A stretch of DNA of 64,000 nucleotides from Candidatus Hydrothermarchaeum profundi. Lineage in GTDB: Archaea > Hydrothermarchaeota > Hydrothermarchaeia > Hydrothermarchaeales > Hydrothermarchaeaceae. The DNA is taken from assembly GCA_002011125.2 (NCBI GenBank), contig MTMF02000009.1, positions 968,989-1,032,988 on the forward strand. Reading direction: 5' to 3'. A program made the translations under genes and the position numbers. Positions 30,937 through 40,754 of the stretch are shown here, in pieces (position 1 is the stretch's first letter; every line of letters begins with the position of its first letter). Below the pieces are notes generated by a model. It did no database searches and was not told the origin of the DNA. It worked only from the letters and a program-made list of their open reading frames with translations.

Positions 30937-31599
30937 ATGAATATATCTGAAGCTACAAGAATGGTCCTCTCTAGGTTTCCATACCTAGAGGAATATATGA
31001 GTCAAGGAATTATAAATTATAGAGCATTGTCAAGAGTTATTTTAGAGGACATTAAGAGGGAGGTAGGTAGAGAGATAAACTTACAGAGTGTTGTGACAGC
31101 TGTAAGGAGATACCATGTTGCTAGTGGAGAAAAATTGAAGGGAGCAATACTTAAAATCCTGTCGAATAGCAATGTGAACCTTAGATATGATATTGGGGCA
31201 ATTACATTAGAGGCGGATCCTGAAGTAATGGATAATATAGTAAAAACCAAAAGTAATGAAGAAGGTTTCATTATCATTCAAGGGATAGAGACCTTAACCA
31301 TCGTTGGCGACGAAAAAGCATTGAAAGGTTTGAGTCGAAAACTTAAAGGAAAAATACTCGAAGCGAAGCAAGATCTAGCTTCAGTAATCGTAAAGAGTCC
31401 TAGGGATATAGCACATACACCTGGAGTTATTGCATATTTGGCGAATGCCCTCTCTATTGCAGGTATAAACGTCGTGGAGATGATGTCTAGCTACACTGAA
31501 ACATGTTTCATAGTAGATGAGGAAGACGCATTAAAAACTGTAGAGACTATTAGAGGCGAAATAAAAAGAGCAAGAGGGAGTTTAGTGAATTTAAAATAG
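30937..31599 (+). CDS. archaeal ACT-domain putative amino-acid-responsive regulator
   Basis: N-terminal GIINYRALSR...AVRRY helical domain; C-terminal ACT domain (TPGVIAYL..L...GINVVEMMSSYTE). Divergent from carAB-argG. Confidence 0.75.
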   Translation: MNISEATRMVLSRFPYLEEYMSQGIINYRALSRVILEDIKREVGREINLQSVVTAVRRYHVASGEKLKGAILKILSNSNVNLRYDIGAITLEADPEVMDNIVKTKSNEEGFIIIQGIETLTIVGDEKALKGLSRKLKGKILEAKQDLASVIVKSPRDIAHTPGVIAYLANALSIAGINVVEMMSSYTETCFIVDEEDALKTVETIRGEIKRARGSLVNLK

Positions 31600-31645
31600 A
31601 GCAGCGAGTACCGAGCTGGGGAAATTATTAAAGGGGGTTAAAGCT

Positions 31646-32350
31646 TTGGCTGAATTGAAGGAAATCATTGATAGGTATATGAAAAAGGTACCAGAGGTCA
31701 GGAAATATTGTGACCGATGCTTAGGGACTAGGAGATGGGATGGTAACGTTGTATTAATGATAGTTGATGCCGCTTTTACTTCTATAGGATTGAATTATTT
31801 TAAAACAGTAGTACCCAAGGTTGAAGAATTTAAAAGAAAATTTATAGACACAAGAAGAATAACGAGTCTAAAAGATCTCACTTCAATGGATATTGAAGAA
31901 CTCAGAAATATATGGAAGAATAGAAGGTCTTGGGAAATAGCAAAAAATATAGCTTCTATTTTAGATAAAATTAAGGAACAGAACAACTTAACAGATAAAG
32001 ACGCTTTTGTTCTCTGGGCTAAAAATAGTAAGCTGGAGAGCTGGAAAGAAGACATTATAGGGAAAACGAAAGGGGTAGGGATAAATACTTATCAATATTT
32101 GAGAATGATGGCCGGGATCGATACAGTTATGCCGGATAAAATTGTTAAGAGAGTTCTAAAAGAGATTTCAAGCGAAGCAGGTGAAGAGCTTCTTTTTGAA
32201 GATGATATAGCATTTATAAAAGAGGTTCATAAAATTGCCGAAAAAACAGGATATAGACCAATAGAAATTTGTTGGATGACCTGGCTTGTACATTCGGAGT
32301 CTAGTTTATCAAGAGAAAAGGGATATAGCGAGATTTTGACAAAAATCTAA
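31646..32350 (+). CDS. hypothetical protein with HhH-GPD (DNA glycosylase)-like signature
   Basis: KGVGINTYQYLRMMAGIDTVMPDKIVKR resembles an HhH hairpin plus catalytic Asp segment; N-terminal CDRC. Confidence 0.55.
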   Translation: MAELKEIIDRYMKKVPEVRKYCDRCLGTRRWDGNVVLMIVDAAFTSIGLNYFKTVVPKVEEFKRKFIDTRRITSLKDLTSMDIEELRNIWKNRRSWEIAKNIASILDKIKEQNNLTDKDAFVLWAKNSKLESWKEDIIGKTKGVGINTYQYLRMMAGIDTVMPDKIVKRVLKEISSEAGEELLFEDDIAFIKEVHKIAEKTGYRPIEICWMTWLVHSESSLSREKGYSEILTKI

Positions 32351-32351
32351 T

Positions 32352-33083
32352 TCAAGTTAGGTATCTTCTTAAATATCCGAAGTTTAGTTCAAGGAAGTCT
32401 TGTATATTAGATAAGTGGATCCACGATTTGGATACTAATCCTTTAATCTTAAATCCATCGTCTATCATCATCTGAATAGCGTCAGGGAGTTCGTATTCGC
32501 CTCTTTTAGACTTTTTAACTCGTTTCAAGTAATCTTTAATTATATCTTTAAAAATATAAACCGGGCCACAAGAAATGTTACTTATTATTTCATCTTCAGA
32601 AGGCTTTTCTATAACCTGCAGTATAGTTCCATCCTCTTTCATTTTAACAACACTAGACTCTTTAATCCTTTCATCGTTCATTATTTTGAGGCTCAGGGCA
32701 ATATCAAGTTCTTCTTCTTTGAACATCTCAATTAGTTCCCTGTAATGTTTCTCTGGAAAAATAGAGTCACATGCGCTGACTAAAACATCTCCTACAATTA
32801 ATTCACCAGCTGTTAAGAGTGCATGAGCCGATCCCAGCTGTTCTTTTTGTTCAACATAAATTATAGTACCTCCTAGTTGCGAACCGTCTCCCAAATAATC
32901 TGAAATTTGCCACCCGAGGTGGCCTGTAACTATAATAAACTCCCGTATACCCACAGCGTATAGATTTTTCAATATTTGCTCTATGAGGGGTCTTCCTTGT
33001 ACTGGCAGTAGTCCTTTAGCCACCTTATCCGTAATAGGTCTAAGGCGCTTACCTCTTCCTCCTGCAAGTATTACAGCTTTCAA
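32352..33083 (-). CDS. sugar-phosphate nucleotidyltransferase (RmlA/GlmU N-terminal-like)
   Basis: AVILAGGRGKRLRPIT...K.LLPV, EQLGSAHA, IEKP, RGEYELPDAI. Confidence 0.9.
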   Translation of the reverse strand: MKAVILAGGRGKRLRPITDKVAKGLLPVQGRPLIEQILKNLYAVGIREFIIVTGHLGWQISDYLGDGSQLGGTIIYVEQKEQLGSAHALLTAGELIVGDVLVSACDSIFPEKHYRELIEMFKEEELDIALSLKIMNDERIKESSVVKMKEDGTILQVIEKPSEDEIISNISCGPVYIFKDIIKDYLKRVKKSKRGEYELPDAIQMMIDDGFKIKGLVSKSWIHLSNIQDFLELNFGYLRRYLT

Positions 33084-33084
33084 G

Positions 33085-33825
33085 CTACACCTCCAGTTTC
33101 ATAAGGTCCTCTGCGAAGATTATTTCGCCGTTAAAAGCTGTAGATACTATATCCTTAATATTCTCCATATTACTCTCTACTTCAGGTGAGAAATGTGTCA
33201 GAATCAGTTTATAAACAGGTAGACCTTTTATAAATCTTGCCAGTGTCTTAGGATTAGTATGTCCACTGACTTTAGATATAGATGAGCATTCATGAATAAG
33301 GACCCCTACGTTATCGCCTATTAGTTTCTTTATACCTTCACAAGGCTCAGTGTCTCCCGAGAAAATTACAGATGAGCTTTTAGAGTCGATTCTATATGCG
33401 AGACTCGGTTCTAAATGAGACGTTGTAGCTACTCTAATTTCATCTCTCCCTATATTAAATACATCCATGCTTTGTAGTTCCTTTGTGTCTAATTCAAATC
33501 TTCCTTGTAGATAGGGATACGATTTAAGTTGCATTTCTATCCATTTCACAGTGCCAGTAGGCCCAATTACCCTCATATCGTTTCTACCCATCAGATAATT
33601 CGCTTTTAAAATAGCAAGAAAATCAGAGTTATGATCCAAATGATGGTGAGTAAAAAAAATATGTGTAATATCCTTAGGAGAATAGCCGCTTTGTATAATC
33701 CTACTCAGAACTCCAGATCCGCAATCAAGTAGATAAAGATTATTATTAGTATCCACAAGGATCCCTGTTTGTACTCTACTAGGTGTAGGTATCGAGAACC
33801 CCGTACCAAGTAGTACAACACGCAT
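33085..33825 (-). CDS. metallo-beta-lactamase fold hydrolase, RNase Z-like
   Basis: LLGTG..P, LLDCGSG, THHHLDH, SGDT, LIHEC, GHT, LTHF. Probable ATG at 33825. Confidence 0.85.
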   Translation of the reverse strand: MRVVLLGTGFSIPTPSRVQTGILVDTNNNLYLLDCGSGVLSRIIQSGYSPKDITHIFFTHHHLDHNSDFLAILKANYLMGRNDMRVIGPTGTVKWIEMQLKSYPYLQGRFELDTKELQSMDVFNIGRDEIRVATTSHLEPSLAYRIDSKSSSVIFSGDTEPCEGIKKLIGDNVGVLIHECSSISKVSGHTNPKTLARFIKGLPVYKLILTHFSPEVESNMENIKDIVSTAFNGEIIFAEDLMKLEV

Positions 33826-33959
33826 ATTTAGAAATTTCAAAGATATCAAATTTAAATCCAGCGATTTATGTATACGCGTGTGTTTAGGAAGGAGATTAGG
33901 ATATAGAGTTTAAGATGAGTAACATAAGATTTAATTATTTTTAATATTAAAGTTTTAGC

Positions 33960-34688
33960 ATGGTTGAGATATTAATACATAAGTTTAAAGATATGGATCT
34001 TAAAGGAGCTACAGTAGTAAATGGATTCCCTAGTTTAGGCTTGGTTAGCACTATTACAGCCAATTATCTCATAGGTACTATTAACTTAGATCAGATAGGG
34101 GCGCTTGATTCAGAAGCATTTCCCCCCGTTTCAATGATATATGCCGCAAAGCCCAAATTTCCAGCAAGGATTTATGCCGATGAAAATGCAAAAATAGTAG
34201 TCTTCCTCTCAGAATTCACTCCAATACCCCAATTAGTGAGACCAATAGCAAGAGCAATACTGGATTGGACGAAAAAGAACAAATGTGCAAGAATCGTTGC
34301 GCCTGAAGTCATTTCTATAAGCGAAGCAAGTAAAATTCATGTCTTTGGAGTTGCAAGCACTGATCGTGCTAGAGAAGAAATGAAAAAGCTTCACATCAGG
34401 CCCTTCACCCAAGGGATGGTTTCTGGAATAACAGGTGTATTCCTTAATGAAGGCCGAAGACAGAATATAGATGTTTACGCACTATTAGCTCAAGCGAGAC
34501 CAGAGATACCCGATGCGAGAGCAGCAGCAAAAATAATTGAGGTCATAGATAAACTAGTACCTACAATCGAAATCGAGGTGGAGCCACTTTATGCTGAAGC
34601 TGAAAGGATTGAAGCTTATGTCAAGAAACTCAGAGAACAAGCAAAGCCTGCCTTCGAGCCTTCTACTCCAGAGAATATGTATCAGTAA
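33960..34688 (+). CDS. proteasome assembly chaperone (PAC2) family protein
   Basis: GFPSLGLVSTI, FPPVS, P.RIY, PDARAAA, L..EAERIE, C-terminal MYQ (HbYX-like). Confidence 0.88.
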   Translation: MVEILIHKFKDMDLKGATVVNGFPSLGLVSTITANYLIGTINLDQIGALDSEAFPPVSMIYAAKPKFPARIYADENAKIVVFLSEFTPIPQLVRPIARAILDWTKKNKCARIVAPEVISISEASKIHVFGVASTDRAREEMKKLHIRPFTQGMVSGITGVFLNEGRRQNIDVYALLAQARPEIPDARAAAKIIEVIDKLVPTIEIEVEPLYAEAERIEAYVKKLREQAKPAFEPSTPENMYQ

Positions 34689-34745
34689 ACACTTTTTCTT
34701 TGCTCTCACCCAAGGTTTAAATTCTAAAAACGAGATTTTTTTCTA

Positions 34746-35759
34746 ATGCTCAATTCTATGTATGAGACTCTAGCTAAAAAGAAGTCCATTATCCGGGAGG
34801 AAATAGATAGACTCCTTCGAATTAGAGATATTGAGAAATATAAGGATCTGTGGAGGAGTGTAGAATTTTCTGGAGAAGAGGTTAAAATAGGAGGAGAAGA
34901 TGGGAGTTTTAATCATTTGAAATATAAAAACTTCGTCCTATATGCTGTAAATGCAATAGCTTTTTCATATGATGGTAGTATAAAGGGGGTAGAGGCCTCG
35001 GATATCAACATACTATTTCCTTACAAGAACATTGAAGAAAGACTAAAACTTTATCAAACTATACTAGAACTCAAGGTCTCCCAACGGATAATTGATGAGG
35101 TAGAAGTGTTCTTATTAGATGGATCTTTGATGAGCAAGTTAGCAGCTCCTAAAGAGCTAGTTTTAACTATAGATGAAAAGAAAGAAGTAGTGGACTTTCT
35201 GCCTAAATTGGAGAGGGAGATTGCATTGGAGATATCTTCCTCTAAGTATGCTGGGATGTTAGGCAAATACGAGAAGATAGCATTTTTTGAATATCTAGAA
35301 TTTTTAGTAGTTGTAGGTAAACTGTTAGAAAAAGGCCTTAATAAAATAGTTTGTGTATCGAAGACTTCTACTTGGTCAGAGTTTAATCAGGGAATGTCGG
35401 ACCTAGCTGTATATGAAGAACTAACCAATAAAAGTGGATATTCAAAGCCGGTATATAGGCCGCTAGGCTCTTATTATGGAAGATTCCCCATAAATGAGGA
35501 GCTATTTGAAAGTCTAGTGTTTACAACCTTCTATGCAAGGCTTGAGGATAATAAAAATACATTCATGTTTGAAGTGCCTATGGAGATAGATGAAGAGGAG
35601 GTATACGATATATTAAACAAAATCAAACCTATCTGCGTTGAGGGATATCCATATTTATTAAAAAAAGCGCATAGGAAAGTTGTAATAACCCGGAAAGACA
35701 TTCACAGAATCTTTACCTCTCTAGGAATACATGCGAAAACCGGTAGGGAGATGTTATGA
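34746..35759 (+). CDS. nurA: DNA double-strand break repair nuclease NurA
   Basis: GEDGS, LLDGSL, VSKTS, GYPYLLKKAH.KVVI; overlaps herA. Confidence 0.9.
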   Translation: MLNSMYETLAKKKSIIREEIDRLLRIRDIEKYKDLWRSVEFSGEEVKIGGEDGSFNHLKYKNFVLYAVNAIAFSYDGSIKGVEASDINILFPYKNIEERLKLYQTILELKVSQRIIDEVEVFLLDGSLMSKLAAPKELVLTIDEKKEVVDFLPKLEREIALEISSSKYAGMLGKYEKIAFFEYLEFLVVVGKLLEKGLNKIVCVSKTSTWSEFNQGMSDLAVYEELTNKSGYSKPVYRPLGSYYGRFPINEELFESLVFTTFYARLEDNKNTFMFEVPMEIDEEEVYDILNKIKPICVEGYPYLLKKAHRKVVITRKDIHRIFTSLGIHAKTGREML

Positions 35760-37237
35760 GCGAATTAATTGGTACATGCATCGGTGAAGCGTCTCCAAGT
35801 GAAGCCACATTCATCTCTAAAGGTATGCCGCGTACTGGAGAATATGTGATCTTGAGCTATGATGGAAAAAATATATTAGGCATGGTGGAAACTTTAACGA
35901 GGGGGAGTCCCTCAATATCAGATGACATTTTAGATCCTGAGGTAGTAGAGAGAATTTTGAATTTTGAGAATGAAGAATACATAAGAGGTGTTATAAGACT
36001 TTTAGGGGAGGTTAATACTTTAGAAATTCCAAAGGTACCTCCACCTCCTGGTACCAAGATTTATAGAGCGGATTCGCGGTCACTAAAGAAAATATTCGGG
36101 AAAGGAGATATAAAACTTGGGAGACTTCTTTCACATCCAGATGTCCCAGTTTACATAGATGGAAATAGGATGATAACTCGGCATCTGGCTATTTTAGCTA
36201 TAACAGGAGCTGGCAAATCCAATACCGTAAGCGTCATAGTTGAAGGCATATTGAAGCTAAATGGTCTTCCTATAATTTTCGATATGCATTCTGAATATGT
36301 GAATGCGGAGTTCGCAGGAGGGGTCAAAAGAATTGCTCCAATGTTAAACCCACTATACCTCTCAGCGGACGAATTTAAGATTCTTGTTGATATAAGTAAA
36401 GACGCCTATGTGCAAGAGCGTTATTTGAGAAGGGCTTACATGGAAGCAAGGCGAAGAACTGAAGAGGGCCATAGGAATTTTGTAGAGCAGGTTATATCTG
36501 CCTTGGAGGATATCCGCGCAAGCGAGGAAGATTTTACGCAGAGCGAGAAAAATGCGATTGTAGGTGTAATAAATAAGGTTGAGGATTTTGAATTAAAATA
36601 TAGGGGGTTAGTAAATCCTTATGCTTCGGATATACTGGATGAACTGGAGCAGGGAAAAGCAAATGTAATAGATCTAGGGCAAGTGGATGAAGACTATGCT
36701 GATGTTATTGTAAGTCATGTACTTAGAAAAATTCTGTACAAAAGAAAGAGTAAAGAGATTCCTCCCTCATTTTGCGTATTAGAAGAGGCACATATACTAG
36801 CTCCTATGTATAGGCCGACCTTGTCTAAATACTGGATAGACAGGATTGCTCGTGAAGGTAGGAAATTTGGGGTGGGATTATGTATGGTTAGTCAGCGACC
36901 TAAGAGTCTGGATCAAAATTCCCTTTCTCAGGCAAATAATTCTATAATAATGAGGCTGATAGAGCCAAGTGACCAGCGCCATGTACAGCAGGCTAGCGAG
37001 AGGCTGAGTGATGATTTACTATCTCAGCTTCCCTCTCTTAATATAGGCGAGGCAGTAGTAGTGGGCTTGATGACTAAAATCCCGGCATTGGTAAAAATCG
37101 ACAAATTTGAAGGAAAGCTTGGCGGCGGCGACCCGGATGTGATAGGAGAATGGAAAAAAACATTCAAAGAGAAAGAAGAGAAAACAATAAAGGAGAAAAA
37201 GGAAATAAATGATTTGTATGGAGGGATGATCGAATAA
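35756..37237 (+). CDS. herA: DNA double-strand break repair helicase HerA
   Basis: N-terminal HAS barrel, RHLAILAITGAGKSN, FDMHSEY, LEEAH, IAREGRKFG, SQRP. Confidence 0.93.
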   Translation: MSELIGTCIGEASPSEATFISKGMPRTGEYVILSYDGKNILGMVETLTRGSPSISDDILDPEVVERILNFENEEYIRGVIRLLGEVNTLEIPKVPPPPGTKIYRADSRSLKKIFGKGDIKLGRLLSHPDVPVYIDGNRMITRHLAILAITGAGKSNTVSVIVEGILKLNGLPIIFDMHSEYVNAEFAGGVKRIAPMLNPLYLSADEFKILVDISKDAYVQERYLRRAYMEARRRTEEGHRNFVEQVISALEDIRASEEDFTQSEKNAIVGVINKVEDFELKYRGLVNPYASDILDELEQGKANVIDLGQVDEDYADVIVSHVLRKILYKRKSKEIPPSFCVLEEAHILAPMYRPTLSKYWIDRIAREGRKFGVGLCMVSQRPKSLDQNSLSQANNSIIMRLIEPSDQRHVQQASERLSDDLLSQLPSLNIGEAVVVGLMTKIPALVKIDKFEGKLGGGDPDVIGEWKKTFKEKEEKTIKEKKEINDLYGGMIE

Positions 37238-37242
37238 AGGTT

Positions 37243-37800
37243 TTAGTTCTTGGTTATCCCTTTTTCTTTCATGATTTCATCTATTTTCTTTTGAAGTTCT
37301 TCAATCGTGCCTGTGTTATCTACGATATAATCCGCTTTTCTCCCGATTACTTCAATACGTTGCTCGGTTTCTCTCATCTCGCTCTCTAAAAATTCTGCAA
37401 ATGTCATAGAGGCCTCTCCCTTTTCTTTTCTCGTTACTGCTCTAACATACCTATCTCTTACTGGGGCGTTTATGAATATCAAAATATTATTTTCAAAGCT
37501 TCTGAGCATTTCAACTTCGTTATCATATCTTATTCCATCGATGACTATTAGATTAGATGGATCCTTTTCTAAGTCTTTTTTAAATGCATTGACTATTACA
37601 TCCATACCAAGCTCTGCCCGTAAACTTGCTCCAAGTTTCTGTAAATATTCCCTCTTATGGGGAAGATAAAGTCTATCTAAGATATCCATCAAAATCTGAG
37701 AAAAGCGGTGTTGGCTAGCGCCATACTTTGAGCTGAGATATTCACTTACAGTAGTCTTGCCTGAGCCAATACCACCTACTAACCCGATTACAAGCTTCAT
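37243..37800 (-). CDS. P-loop nucleotide kinase (dephospho-CoA kinase / dNMP kinase-like)
   Basis: GGIGSGKTT, LQKLG..LR, VIDGIRYDNE, ADYIVDN.GTIEEL. Confidence 0.75.
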   Translation of the reverse strand: MKLVIGLVGGIGSGKTTVSEYLSSKYGASQHRFSQILMDILDRLYLPHKREYLQKLGASLRAELGMDVIVNAFKKDLEKDPSNLIVIDGIRYDNEVEMLRSFENNILIFINAPVRDRYVRAVTRKEKGEASMTFAEFLESEMRETEQRIEVIGRKADYIVDNTGTIEELQKKIDEIMKEKGITKN

Positions 37801-38387
37801 TCAGCCACCGATTCTTTTTCGGCACCAGTTACCTCCGGAGGCTTACTTTCCTCCCTAGAATCGACATGTACTACCTCAATATTAGCAGCTTTTAATATCT
37901 CTAATCCCTCTTTATCGGTGTATTCACCGCTGACAACTACCCTCGTGATACCCGCATTTACCATAAGCCTAGCACAGATTTTACATGGAAACCCATTCAC
38001 ATATAGCGTGGCTTTTCGAGCTTGTTTACCCGCCTGCAATAATGCATTCTGCTCTGCATGTACCGCCGGGCATATACCATGACCCATTCCGCTCTCGATA
38101 TTGTTTTCGTCTTTTACGCAGGCAACAAAACCTTCTATAGGTTGAAAGTGCCTGTGCTCCGGCAGACAAATATCAATAATGTCACAGTTTACATTTTTCG
38201 AGCAGAAATTACAATCTTTTTTGCAGCAATGTGGCGCGCCTCTTACAGGGCCATTGTAGCCGGTAGAGATTATTTCTTTGTCCTCATTAACTATTACCGC
38301 TCCAAACTGGTGCCTTATGCACGTAGAGCGTGTCGCAACATTTTCAACTATTCGTGCGAAGTATACATCCCATGATGGCCTATTCAT
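37797..38387 (-). CDS. dCMP deaminase with Cys-rich insertion
   Basis: RPSWDVYF, RSTC, GAVIV, TGYNG, HAEQNA, PCKIC. Probable ATG at 38387. Confidence 0.88.
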   Translation of the reverse strand: MNRPSWDVYFARIVENVATRSTCIRHQFGAVIVNEDKEIISTGYNGPVRGAPHCCKKDCNFCSKNVNCDIIDICLPEHRHFQPIEGFVACVKDENNIESGMGHGICPAVHAEQNALLQAGKQARKATLYVNGFPCKICARLMVNAGITRVVVSGEYTDKEGLEILKAANIEVVHVDSREESKPPEVTGAEKESVAE

Positions 38388-38498
38388 AGTCTTCAACCTC
38401 AACTCAGTAAAGGGTAATTTCCTTAAACAAACTTTCGATTTGCCTAGGGCTATTTCCTAAGGAGTTTTTAATCCTTGTGTAAGAGAGCCTAAAAAAAG

Positions 38499-38756
38499 TT
38501 ATTCTACTATTTTATAGACTACATCGTTTGGCCTAACCCGTTCTTTGACTTTTATACCAACTGACTGTCCTTTTCCGGCTTCCTGAACATCTACTCTATC
38601 TATCTGCATGCTCTCAACTTTTTGTTGGAAATTAGTTGTGTGGCCTTCTATAGAGATCGTATCACCAACTGAGAGAGAACCGTCAGTTAGCTTAACCCCT
38701 GCTACTCCTACCTTAGAAAAATAAGTAAAAACAGTACCTACTTTCTCTTTTTCCAT
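38499..38756 (-). CDS. small EF-Tu domain II-like / U32 C-terminal-like beta-barrel protein
   Basis: VG.VFTYFSKVGVA, L.VGD.I.IEG.TTNF.QKVESMQID, GIKV..RVRPND.VYK. Confidence 0.8.
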   Translation of the reverse strand: MEKEKVGTVFTYFSKVGVAGVKLTDGSLSVGDTISIEGHTTNFQQKVESMQIDRVDVQEAGKGQSVGIKVKERVRPNDVVYKIVE

Positions 38757-38791
38757 GGTGTTTCACCCCAAAATATTGATAGCATACTCGA

Positions 38792-40366
38792 TTATAAAAA
38801 CTTTGCCTTATACTTAAACTGATTTTCATAAAGGTTTCTTACTCTCTCTAAGGTATCTACATCCTCGATTGAAAGATCCTCACGAATCCTAGTTATCCTC
38901 GCAAACCTTAAAGCAAAACCTGAAGAATAATGCGGGCTCCTTTGTATCTCGCTAAATGCCACTTCAACTATTATCTTTGGTTTTACTGTTATAATAAACT
39001 CGCTTTCTGCGATTTTAAGCTTTAGCAATTCCTGAGTCATCCACTGGAATTCTTTATCATTTAATCCTTTGAAAGTTTTTCCTATCATCATAAACTCGCC
39101 AGTTTCCTCATCCCTAACTGCGAGATGGTAATTGCTTAGCCATTCTTTACGTCTACCATGTCCCCATTCTGCCGCTATTATTACAGCATCAAGAGTTACA
39201 GAAGTTTTCACCTTCAACCATTTTTTGCCACGCTTTCCAGGGATATACTTGGAATCAAGATCTTTTATCATCAATCCTTCGTGGCCAGATTTAATGGACT
39301 CGCCCATAAATGCTCTAGCCTCCTTGAGATCTTTGGTTATAATTCTACTAGCAAGTAGGTCCTTAGGGCAAATTTCTTCTAAGAGTTTCCAGCGCTTTTC
39401 ATAAGTTTCATCAACTAAACTCATTCCATCCACAAAGAGGATATCAAATAAATATAACTTCAAGGGAATTGACTTTTTTAATCGCTCAATATCATGGACA
39501 CGTTTAAATCTCTTCATCAAATACTGGAAAGGAAAAGGCCTACCTGATTTATCAATCGCTATTATCTCTCCTTCCGCTATGACTTCTTTAGTCTTAATAC
39601 TTTTACTTAACTCTACTATTTCAGGCAAGCTTTCTGTTACATTAGTAAGCCTTCTTGAGAATATTACAACCTTTTCTCCCTTCTTATGGATTTGTATCCT
39701 AGCTCCATCATACTTAAATTCCAAGGCGCATTTCCTATGTTCTTGTAAAGCCTCTTCAAGCGAGTTTGCCATCTCCGCTAGCATCGGTTTAATAGGGATA
39801 AAAAGCGTGATGTTAATTTTCTCGAGACCTTTCTTTCCTTCGACTAAAGCTATCCTAGCGACCTCACCTAAGTCGCCTAGAAACATAAGGGCTTTCCTTA
39901 ATAAGTCTAGATTTAAATAAGATGCTTTAGATATTGCCTCTAACATTGTCCCCTCGCTAACACCAATTCTCATCTCACCGAAGATACTTTTAAAAATATA
40001 CTTTCTCTCAAGCGGGCTCGCTCGACTAATGAGGCTTTGTAAAAGGTTTTCTTTTTTCTTTCTAGAGCCTTCCCCTCTTTGACTTGATATTTTTTTGAAA
40101 TAATCTCCTATGTCTAATATACTAAGCGGTGTTGTAAGGAGTGTTTTCTGATGATCTCTCCCAACTTTTTCTATAGTTTTCCATCCTACATCTAACGACT
40201 TTGATTCCGCCTCGGGGAAAATAGAACCCGTAATAAAAAGTACAGCTACAGGGATTTCAGATTCTTCAAGCGTTTTTAAGAAATGGCTTAATATCTCTAT
40301 TTTTTTGGATTTTTTGGTATTTTTTGCTACTTTCTCGCAGGTTTCCACTAATCTTAGAAAGTCCAC
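38792..40366 (-). CDS. lig: ATP-dependent DNA ligase
   Basis: Motif I EFKYDG, III EGE, IIIa FDIL, IV EGLMIK, V WLKVK, VI LRFARITRIRED. Probable GTG start at 40366 (track start 40396). Confidence 0.93.
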   Translation of the reverse strand: MDFLRLVETCEKVAKNTKKSKKIEILSHFLKTLEESEIPVAVLFITGSIFPEAESKSLDVGWKTIEKVGRDHQKTLLTTPLSILDIGDYFKKISSQRGEGSRKKKENLLQSLISRASPLERKYIFKSIFGEMRIGVSEGTMLEAISKASYLNLDLLRKALMFLGDLGEVARIALVEGKKGLEKINITLFIPIKPMLAEMANSLEEALQEHRKCALEFKYDGARIQIHKKGEKVVIFSRRLTNVTESLPEIVELSKSIKTKEVIAEGEIIAIDKSGRPFPFQYLMKRFKRVHDIERLKKSIPLKLYLFDILFVDGMSLVDETYEKRWKLLEEICPKDLLASRIITKDLKEARAFMGESIKSGHEGLMIKDLDSKYIPGKRGKKWLKVKTSVTLDAVIIAAEWGHGRRKEWLSNYHLAVRDEETGEFMMIGKTFKGLNDKEFQWMTQELLKLKIAESEFIITVKPKIIVEVAFSEIQRSPHYSSGFALRFARITRIREDLSIEDVDTLERVRNLYENQFKYKAKFL

Positions 40367-40367
40367 T

Positions 40368-40754
40368 TCATTTTCCCTGAGAAGAAGATTTCTCAAAAAT
40401 AATTTTTATTTTATCTATAAATTCACGAATTTCAAATGGTTTCCCTATATGAGCATCCGCGTGAGCATATTCAAAACTCCTCTTTAAAGATTCTTCGCTA
40501 TCGCGGACAGAAAAAATAATTACTGGGATATTTTTTGTTTTTGGGTTCTCTTTTATTCTTTTACAAACTTCCCATCCATCGAGGCCCGGCATCCTTACAT
40601 CCATGAGGATGAGCCCAGGTTTAATTGTCTTCAGCATTTCCAATGACTCCTCACCATTTGCCGCTTCAATAACCTCGTAGCCTTCTCTTTTCAGCATACG
40701 TTTTACTAGAAATCTTAGCTCAGGCTCATCATCAACTAACATTATGCTTACCAT
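40368..40754 (-). CDS. single-domain response regulator (CheY-like)
   Basis: IMLVDDE, LILMDVRMPGLDG, HIGKPF; ATG at 40754. Confidence 0.9.
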   Translation of the reverse strand: MVSIMLVDDEPELRFLVKRMLKREGYEVIEAANGEESLEMLKTIKPGLILMDVRMPGLDGWEVCKRIKENPKTKNIPVIIFSVRDSEESLKRSFEYAHADAHIGKPFEIREFIDKIKIIFEKSSSQGK

